Assembly (NCBI GenBank): GCA_965178125.1
Contig: OZ237742.1
Coordinates: forward strand, 744,001 to 808,000
Origin: Bilabrum cf. latius
Lineage: Eukaryota
Direction: 5' to 3'
Length of the DNA: 64,000 bases
Shown here piece after piece: positions 25,086 to 38,806 of the stretch. The stretch's first letter is position 1, and each line of letters opens with the position of its first letter. The notes under the pieces were generated by a model. The model saw nothing but the letters and a program-made list of their open reading frames with translations, was not told the origin of the DNA and ran no database searches. A program made the translations under genes and the position numbers.

Positions 25086-26338
25086 ATGGCGAGTTCAGCT
25101 GCAGGTGCCGATGCAAAAACAGTTGACTTGCCCGCGCGGGAGGCAACACCTCATGGGACTAGTGGCACTGATGGAGTAATGGATGCAGCTGTTGCAGCTT
25201 TCTCGATCCGAGGGCTTGCTTCGGCTACGTTCACCCCATTCAAAGCAGATGGTAGCGTAAGTCTGGAAGGGATCGAAGAAGATGCAGAGTTTCTGTCCAG
25301 CCATGGCGTCATGACGGTTTTCATCAACGGAACGAGTGGCGAGAGCATGTCTCTCTCCGCGAAAGAGCGGGTTCAGATTGCAGAGGCATGGGTATCTGCA
25401 GCAAAGAAGAGAGGTATGACCGTTATCAACCATGTGTCAACTCCATCTGTTACGGAGACTGCCGACCTTGCAGAGCACTCCCAGTCCATCGGCTGCGATG
25501 CTATCGCTCTCATGCCGCCGATCTTCTTCAAGCCCAAGGACGAAGCCCACCTCGTGTCGTGGATGAAGCAAGCCACCGAAAAAACTACTTGTCCTCTGTA
25601 CTATTATCACTTCCCTGTACTATCTGGCGTATCGCTGGACGTGGAGCGCTTGCTCACCCAAGTCGAGGAGCAGGGGCTGTCTACTTTCCGTGGTGAGCTA
25701 GCGAAGACCAGCCCAGATTGGATCAGCGCAGTGTGGTTCTGTCTGCCCCTCTTGCTTGAAACGGCTGACCTGTTTTTTCTTGACCACGTTGCCGCTCGCC
25801 ATTCTCGCCATGTTGGGGATGATCGCTTTAAGGTTCATCCGTGCTGTGCTGCCGCATCCATCACGTGTGCTATTACCCTTTGCTGCTGCACCCATCTCGT
25901 CTGGTTCTTCCCGCAGGCTTCAAGTGGACCTTCTTCGACACCCACTAGATGGAGCGCGCCCTGGCATTCGGAGGGGGCAGGTACCAGGTGTGCAACGGGA
26001 GGGATGAGGGGATGCTGGCAGGGCTGGCTCTGGGGTGCCAGGCCTCGGTGGGGAATGGGTTCAACTACATGGCGGGGGTGTACCAGCGGATGCGGTCGGC
26101 CTGGGCCAAGGGGGACATCAAGGCAGCTCGCCTGGAGCAGTCGCGCTCTTGCCAGACCGTGGCGCTGATGTAGAAGGCCAAGTACAAGGGCGTGCTCACC
26201 TGCTGCAAGGCGATCCACGAGATCAGAGGCGTGCCCGTGGGGGACACGAGAAAGCCGCTGCCTGTGCTCAGCAAGGAAGAGAAGGACGAGCTCAAGAAGG
26301 ACCTCGAATCCATCGGTTTCTTCGAGTGGTGTGACTGA
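25086..26338 (+). CDS. NPL: N-acetylneuraminate lyase / DHDPS-family aldolase; intron 25693-25916
   Basis: TFTPF, NGTSGE, YYHFP, Schiff-base Lys in GFKWT, NGRDE; TAG at 25946 and 26171; ends TGA. Confidence 0.88.
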
Positions 26339-26468
26339 GACAGCCTGAGACCATTTCGTTGTTCGTCGGGACGCGCAGGGGATCTCGGGTCGGTCGTTCG
26401 CCGGCTCCGAGCGCATGAAGACAACTGCAAAACCATAAGACATGAACATGTACTATATATTATTGCAT

Positions 26469-27116
26469 TCAAGAGCTGGGTTTCTATTCCTCATCGCTTC
26501 CACCGCTCGCTGCTACCACTGGTTGCGCACCGGCCGTGCCGTGTCCAAGCTCCTCCTTGCCTTTGACCAGCTGCTGTCCGAACGGGAGACCAGCAGGCAT
26601 CACTCGAACCGTGTACCAAATGCTTCCATGCAAACCTACGGGCACTGCGCGCGGCCCATCGATACCGTATTCTGGTAGAGGGCCTTCCGTCCCGCCGATG
26701 TAGGCATCGAAGAAGGCATTGCTATCCCAAACTTCAAACTTGACTGTCTTTACTGTATCATCCGCGAGATAAACAAATCCTTCATCAAATTTGGGGTTTA
26801 GATCATCTTCTACCTCTGACGTCTGGGACGTGCCACGACCGTCCACATTGCCTCCAATTGCAGAAAACTTTGATGCACCCTATAGCTTGACCTTAACGTA
26901 CGGATCGGATTCTCCAAGCCAAGACTGGTTGTCCAATCGTTCACAACTGTGTACGATCACTGCCACGAACTTTCTATGTCTTCCCTTCAATCTGGGTGGC
27001 TCAAGCACTACGGATCCAGAAGAGACTGCCTACGCATCTGCAGGCTCGCCTACCAGCGGCGCACTGGCACCCCTTGTCGCAGAAATCTTGGTTGATGATC
27101 CTGCCGCTGCTGCCAT
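26469..27116 (-). CDS. Small C2-domain protein
   Basis: ESDPYVKVKL*G, DLNPKFDEGF, VKFEVWDSN, DAYIG; TAG at 27030, 26880, 26484; ends TGA at 26469. Confidence 0.85.
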
Positions 27117-27260
27117 GGGACAAGAAGGCTAGTATGAGGAGAGAGAGGGCCGAGTCTGCAATCCATCCACTCGTCAATCGCGTTCGTCACATCGCAGGGA
27201 CGATCTTGAGGACCGTTCGAGGCTTTTTCAGCAGTGCTTGATATTCAGCCTGAAAGCATC

Positions 27261-29880
27261 ATGCTATCAAGTCTAGAAAAGTCCAAGCAAGTGATAGTGA
27301 ACGCGCATAAAGCCGGAAAGATTTCTCCAGAAGCCATGCGAAAGAAGCTTGGTGTTCTAGATGCTGCGATACGGCACAAAGCTGCGGAGGAATCCAAGCT
27401 TGTGGATGCAGTCTCAGGCTCCCTTGCCAAAGTATCAATATCTGGTCACGGAGGCAATCAGGCCAGCATGGCGAGCAAACATGGGGCAGCTTCATTCCCG
27501 CCCTTGCGCGACTACCAAAGCAAACTAGTTGCCGATTTACTCTCCAGGGCAGCAAGATAGCTGCAAGTTGAGGTTGCCAGCACTTGTGCTGCTCTAGTAT
27601 ATTTGCCCACAGGGGGCGGAAAGACACGAATTGCTGCTGAGGTTGCGTGTTGCATGTTGCGTCGTGGCTAGTCCACACTATTCGTGGTGAATCGGGTACA
27701 GCTACTGGGGCAAACACAACGCGCATTCGAGGCTGTTGGAATACCGTCTAGTTGCATTCGATTGATTGCTTCTAGTCACTCGTCTGCTCCTGTCTCGAGC
27801 ATGAAAGGCCCACATGTAACGATAGCGTCGCTTCAGACAATGGCCCGTCGGTTCGCGGGCGCCCTGTCGCAGTGGGTACCACCCGTAGTGTCGTCAATCA
27901 AGCCAGACACAATAAATACGAAACGAAAATGGACCGCCTTGCCTTTGTTTCTGCCCAAAGGGGGCACTACAGGACCCGTTCCGAGCGATGCACCGTAGCC
28001 AGACCAAAGCAAAGTGGAGTCTAGTAGCAGGAGGGCTGCCGCCACGTCTGGCGATGGAACCAAAGCGTCCAAGGAGCAGGGAACATGCAAAGATATGGGC
28101 AAGCGCCCACTGGTTTCCTCCGCCTGCTCCTCACCGACTCCACCTACTGAGCTGCCACCGCACCACTGCGTGATCGTCGACGAGGCCCACGGTGCCGTCG
28201 CGAAGACCGCCATGGCACTCACAGGGCTGTACAGAGCCGCTGGCTCCTTCGTGGTAGGGCTGACAGCGACCCCAACACGACTCAGAGAGGACGAGAACCT
28301 CGGCCTGGTGTTCGACGAGGTGCTTCAGGGGCCCAGTGTGTCCGAGCTGGTGGAGAGAGGTGTCCTGGTGCCGCCTGTCGTGTCGCAGCTGAGGCAGAGG
28401 AGCTTCAAGGAGCACGCGACAGGAGTTCTTGAGAAACACAAAATGTTGAAAACGTCAGAGGGGACAGGGGTGCGTGCTAAGCCTCTTCCTCAAAACAAGG
28501 GCAAGTCGGTGGCACGGGGCAGTCGAGCAGCTGCTGCTGCTGCTGCTGCTGCTGATCCGGAAAGGGATATAACCACGGACTCAGAACAAACCGATGACAG
28601 AGAATCTTCAAGTGGGCAGACGAGTGGGACAGAGCAGTCGAAGCACTCACCGGTTCGAAGCGCAGATTAGTCGATGCTGATGGAGCTGAGCCGGCTTCCG
28701 CCCGTGCAGGAGGCAGTGGCTGCCTGGCGCAGGCTCGCCTACGGAAGGAGAACCGTGGCCTTTGCTCAGAGCGTCAGGCACTCAAAAGCAATTGTGTCCG
28801 CATTTTTAACGGCTGGTATTAGCGCAGAGCATATCGACGGCAGCACTTCAAAGGCAGAGCGCGACCTGGTACTGGACAACCTCACTTAGGGAAGCACGCT
28901 CGTTGTCAGCAGCGTGGGCGTGCTGTCGGAGGGCTTCGACGAGCCCAAGGTCAGCTGCGTGATGCTGCTGCGATCCACGCAATCCAAGGCGCTTTACGTG
29001 CAACAGGTGGGGAGGGGGCTGAGGCAGGCACCGGGAAAGCTGGACTGCGTGGTGATCGACCAAGCAGGCAACACTTCGCGACACGGCCCAGTCACCAAGT
29101 CTCTGCTCAAGGCCGGAGACTTCAAAAAGTGGACCGTGCACCATTCATCTTCTAGGGCTGCCTAGAAGGTTGCAGCAGGTAGAAGCGGGGGTGGTGTGCA
29201 ACTGCAAGCGGCCGATTCTGCCAGCACTGCCGGCGAATTGCTGCCGGGCGGTAACACACCCTCCGTGACTGCTGCTGCTGCTGCTGCAAGCACGGCAGGT
29301 GGTCTTGGCGCCATGCTTGCGCCATCGTCCCTTGGAACGGCAGTTGATGGGCTCGAGATGCCTCGGTTGCAGCCAACAGTGCTACCGACGGCGAAGGCTC
29401 AAGTAGCAACATTAACACCAGCACCAGCACCAGCACCAGCACGAGTCGCCAAGAGCGACAGGACAGGGACTGCCCATACACGCACACGGCCAGATGGCCC
29501 GTCCGCTGACTAGACAGGGCACTCTGAAGAGGCCGCAGGGAAATCGCCATCCAGTGAGCCAGCCGAGTTAATGCTCAAATCACCCCCCGTGAAGATCAAG
29601 CGCAAGGCAAGACGGGCTCCTACTACAACAGCAGCACCAAATGTCACTATTGCATCATCTGTGGCATTGCAAAGCAGTGCTACTTGTTTGAGTGCAGCAA
29701 CTGGTACCGTGCCATCAACCGTGCCAGGGCGGCGCGCGTCCACAGCCAGCAACCGCGCTGGAGAATACGAAGAGGTCAGAGACAGCGAGCGCCGAGAAGG
29801 CCGTCGAAGCCGAGGTGCTGGCGGAGGCAGGGGTGGTGGTAGGGGGAAGCACAGTCGATCGAACCGTGGTAGCGGCAGGG

Positions 29881-29916
<36 letters not shown>

Positions 29917-30161
29917 AAGGGAGGCGGAGCGACTTGGCAGGATAGGGGTCAAGTAGCAGCAGGGGCAAGGGTGGTCGTAGCAGTGGACATGGCAGTGATG
30001 CAGCTGTAGCCGTGCATGCAGTGCGCACAGGCCCCGGCATGGCTTGTTCGGCAGGACGGGGCGGAAGCCGGAGGCACACCCAGAAATATGGCGATCGAGG
30101 AGGTGATGTGGTGCACCATTCTACTGCTGCTAGTGCTGCAGACCCAGGAGCAGGTATCTGA
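27261..30161 (+). CDS. SF2 DEAH helicase, RadD/Irc3 (ResIII)-like
   Basis: LRDYQ, PTGGGKT, DEAH, TATP, LSEGFD, QQVGRGLR all in one frame through 8 TAGs (27558, 27669, 27996, 28668, 28887, 29163, 29511, 29943); ends TGA. Confidence 0.9.
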
Positions 30162-31232
30162 TGGGCTAGTGATGGGCTAGTGTCAGCAGGGGAAGGCCAT
30201 GGGCCTGACTGTGCCGCTTGCGGTCCGCGCTGGCTTGTAACTGGCTTGAACAGATCAGATTCGTGGCGACTGCGCATGCTTGAAACGAGAAGAGAGTATT
30301 GAACACGCAGGCGCGTTACCCCATGCCCACGTCGCCCACCAGACCCACCGCCCCACACCGCTTCTTCGTGTTGAGGTTGCAACCGGTCGCGCGCGCGACA
30401 CGTTCATCGTAAAAGCACACTTTTTGCCGCTATGTCTGGTGTGCAGGCCAAAGATCATGAGCACAAAGTAGCAGTTATTGGTCCCAGGGCTAGTGGTGAG
30501 GATGCACCCTGCCCTTTGAGTTGAAAGAGTACAATTAATCGCCGTCTCTCACTGCACGAACCAACTCACCTGTTGCTGCTGCCATCGCAGGCAAGTCCAG
30601 TTTGTTGAGATTTCTAGCTGGCATGCCATTTGAGAAGGAGCATTCAGGTGAGATATGTCTTGCAAATGTCATTCTACAGCCTGCAGTTGCAACAGCCAAT
30701 CCTGCACGGCGGCGTGCTTGCATTTTTTTATTGTCGCAGCCACTACGTCAATTATGGCCCAATCTGTAGAATTGGAAGACCCTGATGCAGCTGACTCAGT
30801 TATTAAGCTATAGCTGTGGGAAGCTGGTAGTGCTGTGCCACAGCTTGAAGAGGCTCCCGAGGTCAAGTTTGTTACGCAACAGTCGATCGCAGCCATCGTT
30901 TGTTTTGACGTACGGTCTCTTCAACAGTTTGATCTTATTTAGCATCACGTGAGAATGGTCATTTATTGCCCAAGCACTCGCGGTAATGGGTTGCCCTACT
31001 CGCTCGCTCACTTGCACAGGGTAACCGCCTCTCGCAGTTTGCACCGCTGGTTCACAGCGACAACCAGGATCGATTTATGCTCCTTCTTGGCTGCAAATCA
31101 GATGCCGCTGGGGATGCGAATCGAATCGAATAGGAAGAAGCGCAAGCGCTTGCCCAGCGCCACGGCGGCGTGTACCTCGAGACGTCCGCCGTGGCTGGCA
31201 CCAACGTCTCTCTCGCCTTCACTGTCCTTAGG

Positions 31233-34200
31233 ATGAGAGTGCACAGGATCCTGCGTAGGATGGCAGAGAAGAGTAGGAAAGAGAGGGAAGATGCCGTCGA
31301 TTTCGGCATGGGCTCTAGCCCTGGAGCTAGTGCCAGAGCTGCAGCTGCAGCAGCTGCAGCTCAGCAGACACCCAAGTCTTCGCGCGGACCTGCATCGCAA
31401 GACGATGGTCGCGACAGAGACAGCGGCCGGTCAAATACCATGCAAAGTCATCTAGGTAGCGGTCATGCTGATGGTCTCCGTGGGAACGAAAGCACCGAGG
31501 ACGGCGGGACCGGGATGGAGGACATGAGCTCGATCGGGCAGATCCTCAGGCAGTCCATGCCGAGAGACACTAGGGGCTCGGGGCAACGCGGTGAGGGCGA
31601 GGGCGAGGAAGAGGGCCAATCCCAGGGTGGTCGAACCTACTCGAACGGAGAACATCGGCCCGGCAGTGACGGGTACAGTGGCTTGCCACCCGCAGATCAA
31701 GACAGACGCGATGCGCCCGTTTCTGACGAGTATCAGCAGTACAAGGCCATGCTAGAGCGATACTCCGGCGCAGCGCAGCCGGTACCCCCCGGTGAGATTG
31801 GGCAGGGCACAGTGCCCACACGGGACCCGTGGGGCCAGCCAGGGCTGGATAGTGCTGAGCAAGACGGCAGCGGTGGGTAGGAAGGACTCAGCGCCGAAGA
31901 CGCGCTGCAGCTCGATGATGGCGAGGATACAGGCGCGCATGATGGCGGTAGCATGAAAGGAGGATAGGACCACGGCGTGGCTGTTGGGCGCGACGCTGCC
32001 CCCTCCGCAGCCGCTGCCCCTGCCCCCGTTTCGATCGCCACCATCACATTGAAGGATCTCTTCAATGCAGCAGAGAAGACATAGAGCGATCAGACGAAGC
32101 AGGCGCACCCGGCGGGGCCAGGACCAGCACGATCGGACAGGCGCAGGCCGCCTGCAGACTCTCTTCATGTGCGGCACCGCCAACCGGATGCAGCCAAGCG
32201 GGTGCTCGGAGTTAGCGCGCACCTTCCACCTGAAGAGGCAGCGAATGCCGCACGCAGCCAGATGCGCGAGAGGCGAAGGCAGGCCGCCAAGCAATCTGTC
32301 CCCGTCGGCCTTCCAGTCCCAAGCGCTGCCACATCCACCGGTGGCCCCTCGGCCGTTGGCCCCCCGCCCTTGCCGAGCGAGTACGCCGAGGCCCAGGCGG
32401 GCTCGCAGGGTGCAGTGCGTGGGTCGCTACAAGCAGGCTCTCGCGGCCCGAATGCAACTCATGCGGCCCCCGTCGTGAGCATGCGGCTCATGTCTCCGGG
32501 CTAGCCGGCCTAGCACCATGCGCCCCGCGCAGTTGGACATCGCGCAGGTTCTGTGGTCACGTCAGGCACAGCGCGAGCACCAAGGCCCGGCGAGCACTCG
32601 TGGGCAGCAGCCCCTCCGCGGGCTGCAGCGATGCCCAACGTGGCATACTCAGTCGCAGACGAGGACAGCGTGGCAGGGGACGGGCTCGGTCGCACGGACT
32701 GGGAGGCGGGGCCCGGGTCCGTGGGAGCACCCACGGTGTCTGTGGCTCTGTCTGCTGGCGGGACGACGGGCCCTGCCGCCCGCGCCGCTGCCTCCCAGCG
32801 CAATCGGGAGGCGGAGCGAGCAGAGCAGGTCGCGATGGGCAGGGAGCAGCGTCGCCGACGGAAGAGGAAGAGGAAGGTTCTCATGTACATCGATGTAGGG
32901 ATAGGCGGCGGACAGGTGGGCCGCGTAGAGGTGCGCAGGGAGAGCAAGCCGTTCTCGCTGGCACACCAGTTCGTGCGCCTGCACCGTATGGACGTGAGCT
33001 ACACGGTCAAGCTGGCCAAGATGATCGAGGACAGGATGCGAGCCTTTCTCAAGGAGGAGGAGAGGAGGGACCAGGCGGAGAGGAGGAGGGCAAACAGGAA
33101 GGAGGTGGAGGAGTACAGGCGAAGGTTCACCAGGCCGAAGCCATTCCAGCTGCGGTCCGATGCCATTGCTGCCTCTCGGCAAAGCATGAATGCAGCTGCG
33201 ATGGGCAGGCATGCGGGTCCCGTTGCTGCCGAAGGTGCCGACTCCGGCATACCGATGGTGCCCGTGCGGCAGCCGCAACGACCCCTGGTGGGTCGGCTGC
33301 ACGTGCAGGTGGGCCAGGGCAAGACCGGAACTATCGTCATTCGGGAGGGTGATGACCCGCACGAGCTCGTCGAGAATTTCCGCAAGGCCTTTGGCCTGCG
33401 ACGCGGCGTGGCGCGGCACCTTGCCGACACCGTGCGGCAGCGCCTTGAGGAACACGCATAGTCAAGCGCGCACAAGCAAGCCGTGAGACAGGAGAGAACA
33501 CTGGCAGACGCCGCCTCCGTTCGGCCCTCTGGCGTTCACGGGGACGCAGGTGGGAGCGAGTTCGGCGGAGAATCGGGCTTGGGTCCTCGGGGCACAGATG
33601 GGACGACGCTGCCCCCCCATTGGCACCGAAGCGGCGCTCAAGGCGCTCCCGGCTCGGAAGCTGGCAGCGTGGGGGGACCAGCGGCGGGCAATGCTGACGA
33701 GTGGCTGCGTGGGCAGGGTGGGACTGGGCGTGCCGGCGACGCCTCGACTGGAGGGCCAGTGGACCCCGGGCCCAGGGAACAAGGAATGGCTCCGGATCGG
33801 TTCGGCCGACTCGAGACCCCCGTGCCAGCCGCGCGGTGGGACGGGGACCGCGGCGGTCTCGTGGCTGCTGGTCCCGGCAGTGTGATGAGTGCCGGCACGG
33901 GCCTGGGCCAAGCCGCGCAGGGCTCGGGTTACCACGCCGTGGTGGACTTGGACCCCTCCCGCCGACCCGTGTAGCACGACTACCCCGACCATGTGAGGCA
34001 GTCGGTGCTGGGCGTCGATGTGCAGTCCGCGCAGCAAAAGGCGGCGCGCAGGCGCAAGGCCGAGGAAGCGAGGCGAACGTTCGCTGCTCTAGCCTCTCCC
34101 ACCTCCACGCAGTCCGCCATGCAGCGCAACTTGGCTGGCGGTGGCATGCGGAACCGGCACGGTGGCGCCGCGCCGGGCGAGCCGGTGAGCGGGCTGGCCG

Positions 34201-36068
34201 CCTCGCCAGCAGCCAAAGCGGGCCTGCAGAGGCTCGCAGACCGGCGCCGCAGCATCGGTTACGCCAAGGACGAGGATTTGTACGATCATGAAGCGATGCT
34301 TCGGGTAGTGGCCGGCATGCCTCCTCGAGACCCGGCCAGGGTGCTGGTGGAGCAAGAGCACGAAGAGTACGTCGAGCAGATCTAGGACCGACAAGGCGAG
34401 CACCGAGCAACAGAGGCTGGAAAAGAATTGTACCCGACCCGACAGCCGTTCCGAGACGGTGACCATGACCCTATACAAAATCCTGCAGGTTCTCACCGCG
34501 AACAGGCCACAACCGCTGCCAGCGACAGCGACGAAGATGCCCTAGAGACCGAAGATCACCATGCGCCTAGCAGCGGCAGTGGTGAGCAAGCCGCGCGTGT
34601 TGGTGATGGCACCAGCCTGGAGCTCTCGGATCGTGGTAGCCGTCGGGTGCCAGCACAAGGCAGCACCAGCCAGTCCGACAACGAGGAGGACGACCTGTAC
34701 GGCGACGAGGACGACGACGAGGAAGATGATGTCGATGAGCGAGGGATTCCCAAGAAGCTCACATGGCAGCAGTACCAGCTGCTGCAGAAAACTCTGACGC
34801 CGGCACCGCACCGTGGTAGACCGTAGCATTTGGGAGAAGCTAGACAAGACCATGGACAGGAGCAGGAACAAGGGCAGGGACAGGAGCAGCCTTTGCCCGG
34901 TCGCCGCGGGTACTAGAACCCCCCAGCTGGTGGTAGCATGGGTGAAGGACAGGAGACACCAATGCTGGCGCCAGCACCAGCACCAGCACCAGCACCAGCA
35001 CCAGCACCAGCACCAGCACCAGCACCAGCACCAGCACCAGCACCAGCACCAGCACCAGCACCAGCACCAGCACCAGCGGCTCCTGTTGACTCCGCGTCAC
35101 CATCCCAGCAAAAGGCTCCAAGGGCTCCGCCGAAAGCGCCACCGAAGGCGATTCCGTCGCGCGACCATGGACAGCTACTACCGTCGCTCGCAGTTTCATC
35201 GGCGCAACCCTCCAAGAATGCAGAGGACCGTGCCCCTTCAGCTGCCCCCGCCGCTGCTGCCGAGCCAGTACCCGAAGCTTCATCAGCTGGAGGAGCACAG
35301 CAACTCGGTGCGATCCCGCCGCAGCCAGCTCCGGTCCCTGGTCCCCCTGGCCTGCCCCCGCCTCCCCGCACCCAGCCCTCGCCCAAAGACAGGGCGCCGC
35401 CTCCTCCAGGCTCGCCGAGGGGCAGGGAGGCTGCCGGCACACACCGGCCACAGCGGGCAGAGCCAGAGAGCCAGCCCGAGTCAGGAACTAGTTTGTCAGA
35501 GCCGACCAACCCGCCATCTACACCACCGCTGGCTCCCGCAAGTTAGCACGGGGCGCGTGTCGTGGAGTTTGACAGTCCAGACGTCGATGACTCCCGGAAA
35601 GTGGACGAGCCCGCTGCAGCGTCAGCACCAGCACCTGCGCCAGCACCAGCACCCGTAGTGGGGGAAGAAGGGGTGCAGGGCACTGTGGCACCTCACGAGG
35701 ACCAGGGCGCCGGGGAACAATCGCGCGCAGTCTCGAGTGGCTTGGAGGACGCATCATCGGAACCAACAGGATCGAATGAAGACCCAGCCGCTGCCAAGGC
35801 AAGCAGTGTGGGCAAGGGCAAGAGCCAGGGGAGCGTGCAGTTCGTGCTGGAGATCTAGCTGGAGAACGGCGTCGTGACCCCCGTCACCGTGCGGCAGGGG
35901 GACAGCGTGACCAAGCTTGCGCGCGCATACATGAACGAGCATGGGATCCCCGAAGAGGAGTTGCCGCAGGTGAAGGCGGTAATCAAGGACGGCGTGGCGA
36001 GGCACAACGCGATGCTGAGGGAGCGCAAGCGCAAGCACAAGCTGCAGCAGGCGGCGGGGGGCAAGTGA
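31233..36068 (+). CDS. Large low-complexity protein (about 1600 aa) with three copies of a small beta-beta-alpha domain
   Basis: One frame through about 12 TAGs, ends TGA; repeated motif near 32880, 33290, 35840; start uncertain (possible acceptor at 31231). Confidence 0.75.
34971..35077 (+). repeat. (CCAGCA)n coding microsatellite, about 18 units, read as Pro-Ala
   Basis: Perfect hexamer run. Confidence 0.95.
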
Positions 36069-36247
36069 GGTGGTTGTGCGGCTAGGCCAAGAGAACTTGT
36101 CTATTTGTTCTAGATTTCGCCGAGACAGCGGCCCAGCAGCTGTCTGTGCTGGGCCCCAACTGCTCAACGTCGCGATGCTCGTGAAGGTTCGTCGTGCCTG
36201 CCACGATGATGTGGCCACTTTCTTAGCCTTCCCTATCCCTGGACAAT

Positions 36248-38806
36248 ATGTAGCGAACCGTATAGCTTGCAGCAGCTGGTGTTGGACTTGGTGTGCTTGG
36301 ACTTGGTGCAACTAGGTACTGGTACTCGCGGCGACTGTCGAAAATGACCGTCTCGAAGAATCACACGAACGAGAGCGCGCTCTTGCATCTGCTTGCTTTC
36401 GATGGCATGGCGTTCATGGGAGGCCAGTATGCAAATAATCTTGAGATGGAGTGCAGAAACTTCAAGAAGACTCAAGATTCCCTGGCCCTAAGCCTGATGC
36501 GAGCTGCAGCACCGTCTGAGTACGGCAAGAAGTACAATCTTGCTGCCCTTAGCAATGTGGAGATGCTTCGGGACCAGCACCCAATCACAAACTCTAATGA
36601 TTACGAAGATATTGTTGCGAAAGTGGCGGCGGGGCAATCACGGGCGCTGTTCGGATCACAGACGACGATCAAGCAACTGGGCCGCACGTCTGGCACATCC
36701 GGTTCGCACCGCAATTTGGTGACAACTGACGACTAGTCCCGGGCCTTCTTTTTGTACGGTGTTATGGTCGCCTTCGATACGCTGTTCAGGTGGGTCCCAG
36801 ACGCCATGCAGCCGCAGAAGGACCTCAAGTTAATGTTCCAGCCCAAGTACGAGATCGCGGAGGGCTCCGGGCTGCGGATCGGGCCCAACGCCAGCACGCC
36901 AGAAGACGTTAAAACGACCGCATCTCTGTATTCCACCCCAGTTGAAGCATACGAATGCGAGAGCGAACGCGACACTCTGTACCTGCACCTGCTGTTTGCC
37001 CTGCGAGACGCCGACCTGGGCCTCATCGAGAGCAACTTCGCGAGCGGTGTGCTCGACGCTCTCACCATTCTAGAGGACCCTAAAATCAGGAAGGCACTGG
37101 TCGGAGACATTGCTCGTGGAACTATCTCCCAGGAGCACACTGAATCGCTGGCCCCACACGCGCGGGAAGCGCTGCTCACCAACTCGAGGGGTGACCGGGA
37201 GCGAGCGGCGCAAGTGCTCCGCTCCTTGCTCGCTCACGACGAGCGAGGCAAGCGGGTCCAGCAGCAGCCGCTGGGCGAGTCTGGTGTGACGAGTGCGGCC
37301 GGGGGCTGGCGATCCTCCGGCAGCCTGGTGCGGGACCTGTGGCCCAAGCTCAGGTGCGTGCTTGCGGTTACCACCGGGCAATTCAGCGTGTATAAGGATG
37401 TGCTTCGAAGGAAGTACCTCCCGCCCGCAACGGACCTGCCGATTTATTCGCCCTTTTACGCGGCCACCGAGGGGCTCATCGGTGTGAATGTGGCCCCGTT
37501 CGATGACGGGCTGCCTCCCCCCGACGGCAAGAGGGGCTTCTTCGTCGAGGCCCTCAGGGACGGATTGCGCGGCGCCGGTTCCGCCGCGGAGGCGCCCCCG
37601 CCCGGACCCCCGCCTCCTCGCCCTCCGCCATCGTACGAGTCAGAGTCCGCGGCGCCGCGCGCCGTGGTTCCGCAGGGGCAGGGTGAGGAAGAGAAGGCCG
37701 CGCTGGAGACCCTGACCGCGGAGGAGCGAGCCGTGGCAGAGCAAGTGCTGCCGCTTGGTGGGGGCACGCTGCCCGCCGAGAACGCCTATCTGCTCCACCC
37801 CCGCGCGATGGTTTTCGAGCTACTGCCTCTAGACAGAGACACGAAGTCAAAGATGCAAGGCACAGACGGTGCGGATGAACCCAAGACAGCTGCCGATGCC
37901 TCCACAACCGGGAGCACCAGCACCAGCACCAGCACCAGCACCAGCACCAGCACCAGCACCAGCACCAGCACCAGCACCAGCACCAGCACCAGCACCAGCA
38001 CCAGCACTAGCACCAGTGCCGTTCGCAAGCACTAGGAAGGCGGCGCGATTCTGCCCAGCGATGCAATTGTGGGGCAGTCATACGAGCTAGTAGCAACGAA
38101 TCTGAGCGGCCTGTGGCGGTGCCGGATCGGTGACGTGGTGCGTGTGATCGGCAAGCACCGCGGGCAGGTGCCTGTCGTGCTTTTCGAGAAGAGACAGGGG
38201 CAGGTGCTGAACGCCAAGGGGGAGAAAAGCAACGAGACGTGCCTGTTGCGGGCGATGGAAAGGCTCGATGAGCACCTGGCGAAAGAGAGAGGAGATGCGC
38301 CTCCTCCTCCTCCTCCCGCACCCACCACAGGCACAAGCACAGGCACAGGCACAGGTAGCACCACAGCAGGGGGCCCAACTGGGGCCGATTCCGGCTCGCA
38401 AGGCTCGGTAGCGAGACAGCAATGGCAGGTCCTGAGCGACTTCACGTTCGTAGAACCCGCCATAGCTGCAGAATCAGGCGTGTGCGAAGGTGGGCTGTCT
38501 CGGTACACCGCGTTCGTGGAGATCGCAGAGGAGGGCGGGGCGAGAGCGAGCGAGCATGGCGTCGATCTCGGCGCGCTCTCCAATGTCCTAGATGACGGTC
38601 TGCGGGACGGAAACTCGCTATATGCGGATTTTAGAAGTACGGGAAGGATGCAGGCGCCCTGCGTCATTGCAGTGAGGCCGGGGACTTTCACAAAGGTGCG
38701 GCAGCAGCTCGTTGAGGCCGGGGCTGGACCGTCCCAGGCCAAGGTGCCCCGAGTTACCCGAAATCTGGATGTCGTTTAGCTGTTGCAGGGTACCCGACGA
38801 GTATGA
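36248..38806 (+). CDS. GH3-family (GHDC-like) acyl-acid amido synthetase
   Basis: N-terminal anchor, RTSGTSG, YAATEGLIGVN, YELVATNLSGLWRCRIGDVV, KVPRV; TAG at 36251, 36263, 36734, 38033, 38777; ends TGA. Confidence 0.88.
37913..38016 (+). repeat. (AGCACC)n coding microsatellite, about 17 units, read as Ser-Thr
   Basis: Hexamer run inside the GH3 gene. Confidence 0.95.

Noticed and set aside
30250-31050. Possible spliced minus-strand gene
   Set aside because: No consistent exon chain or recognisable motif could be built.
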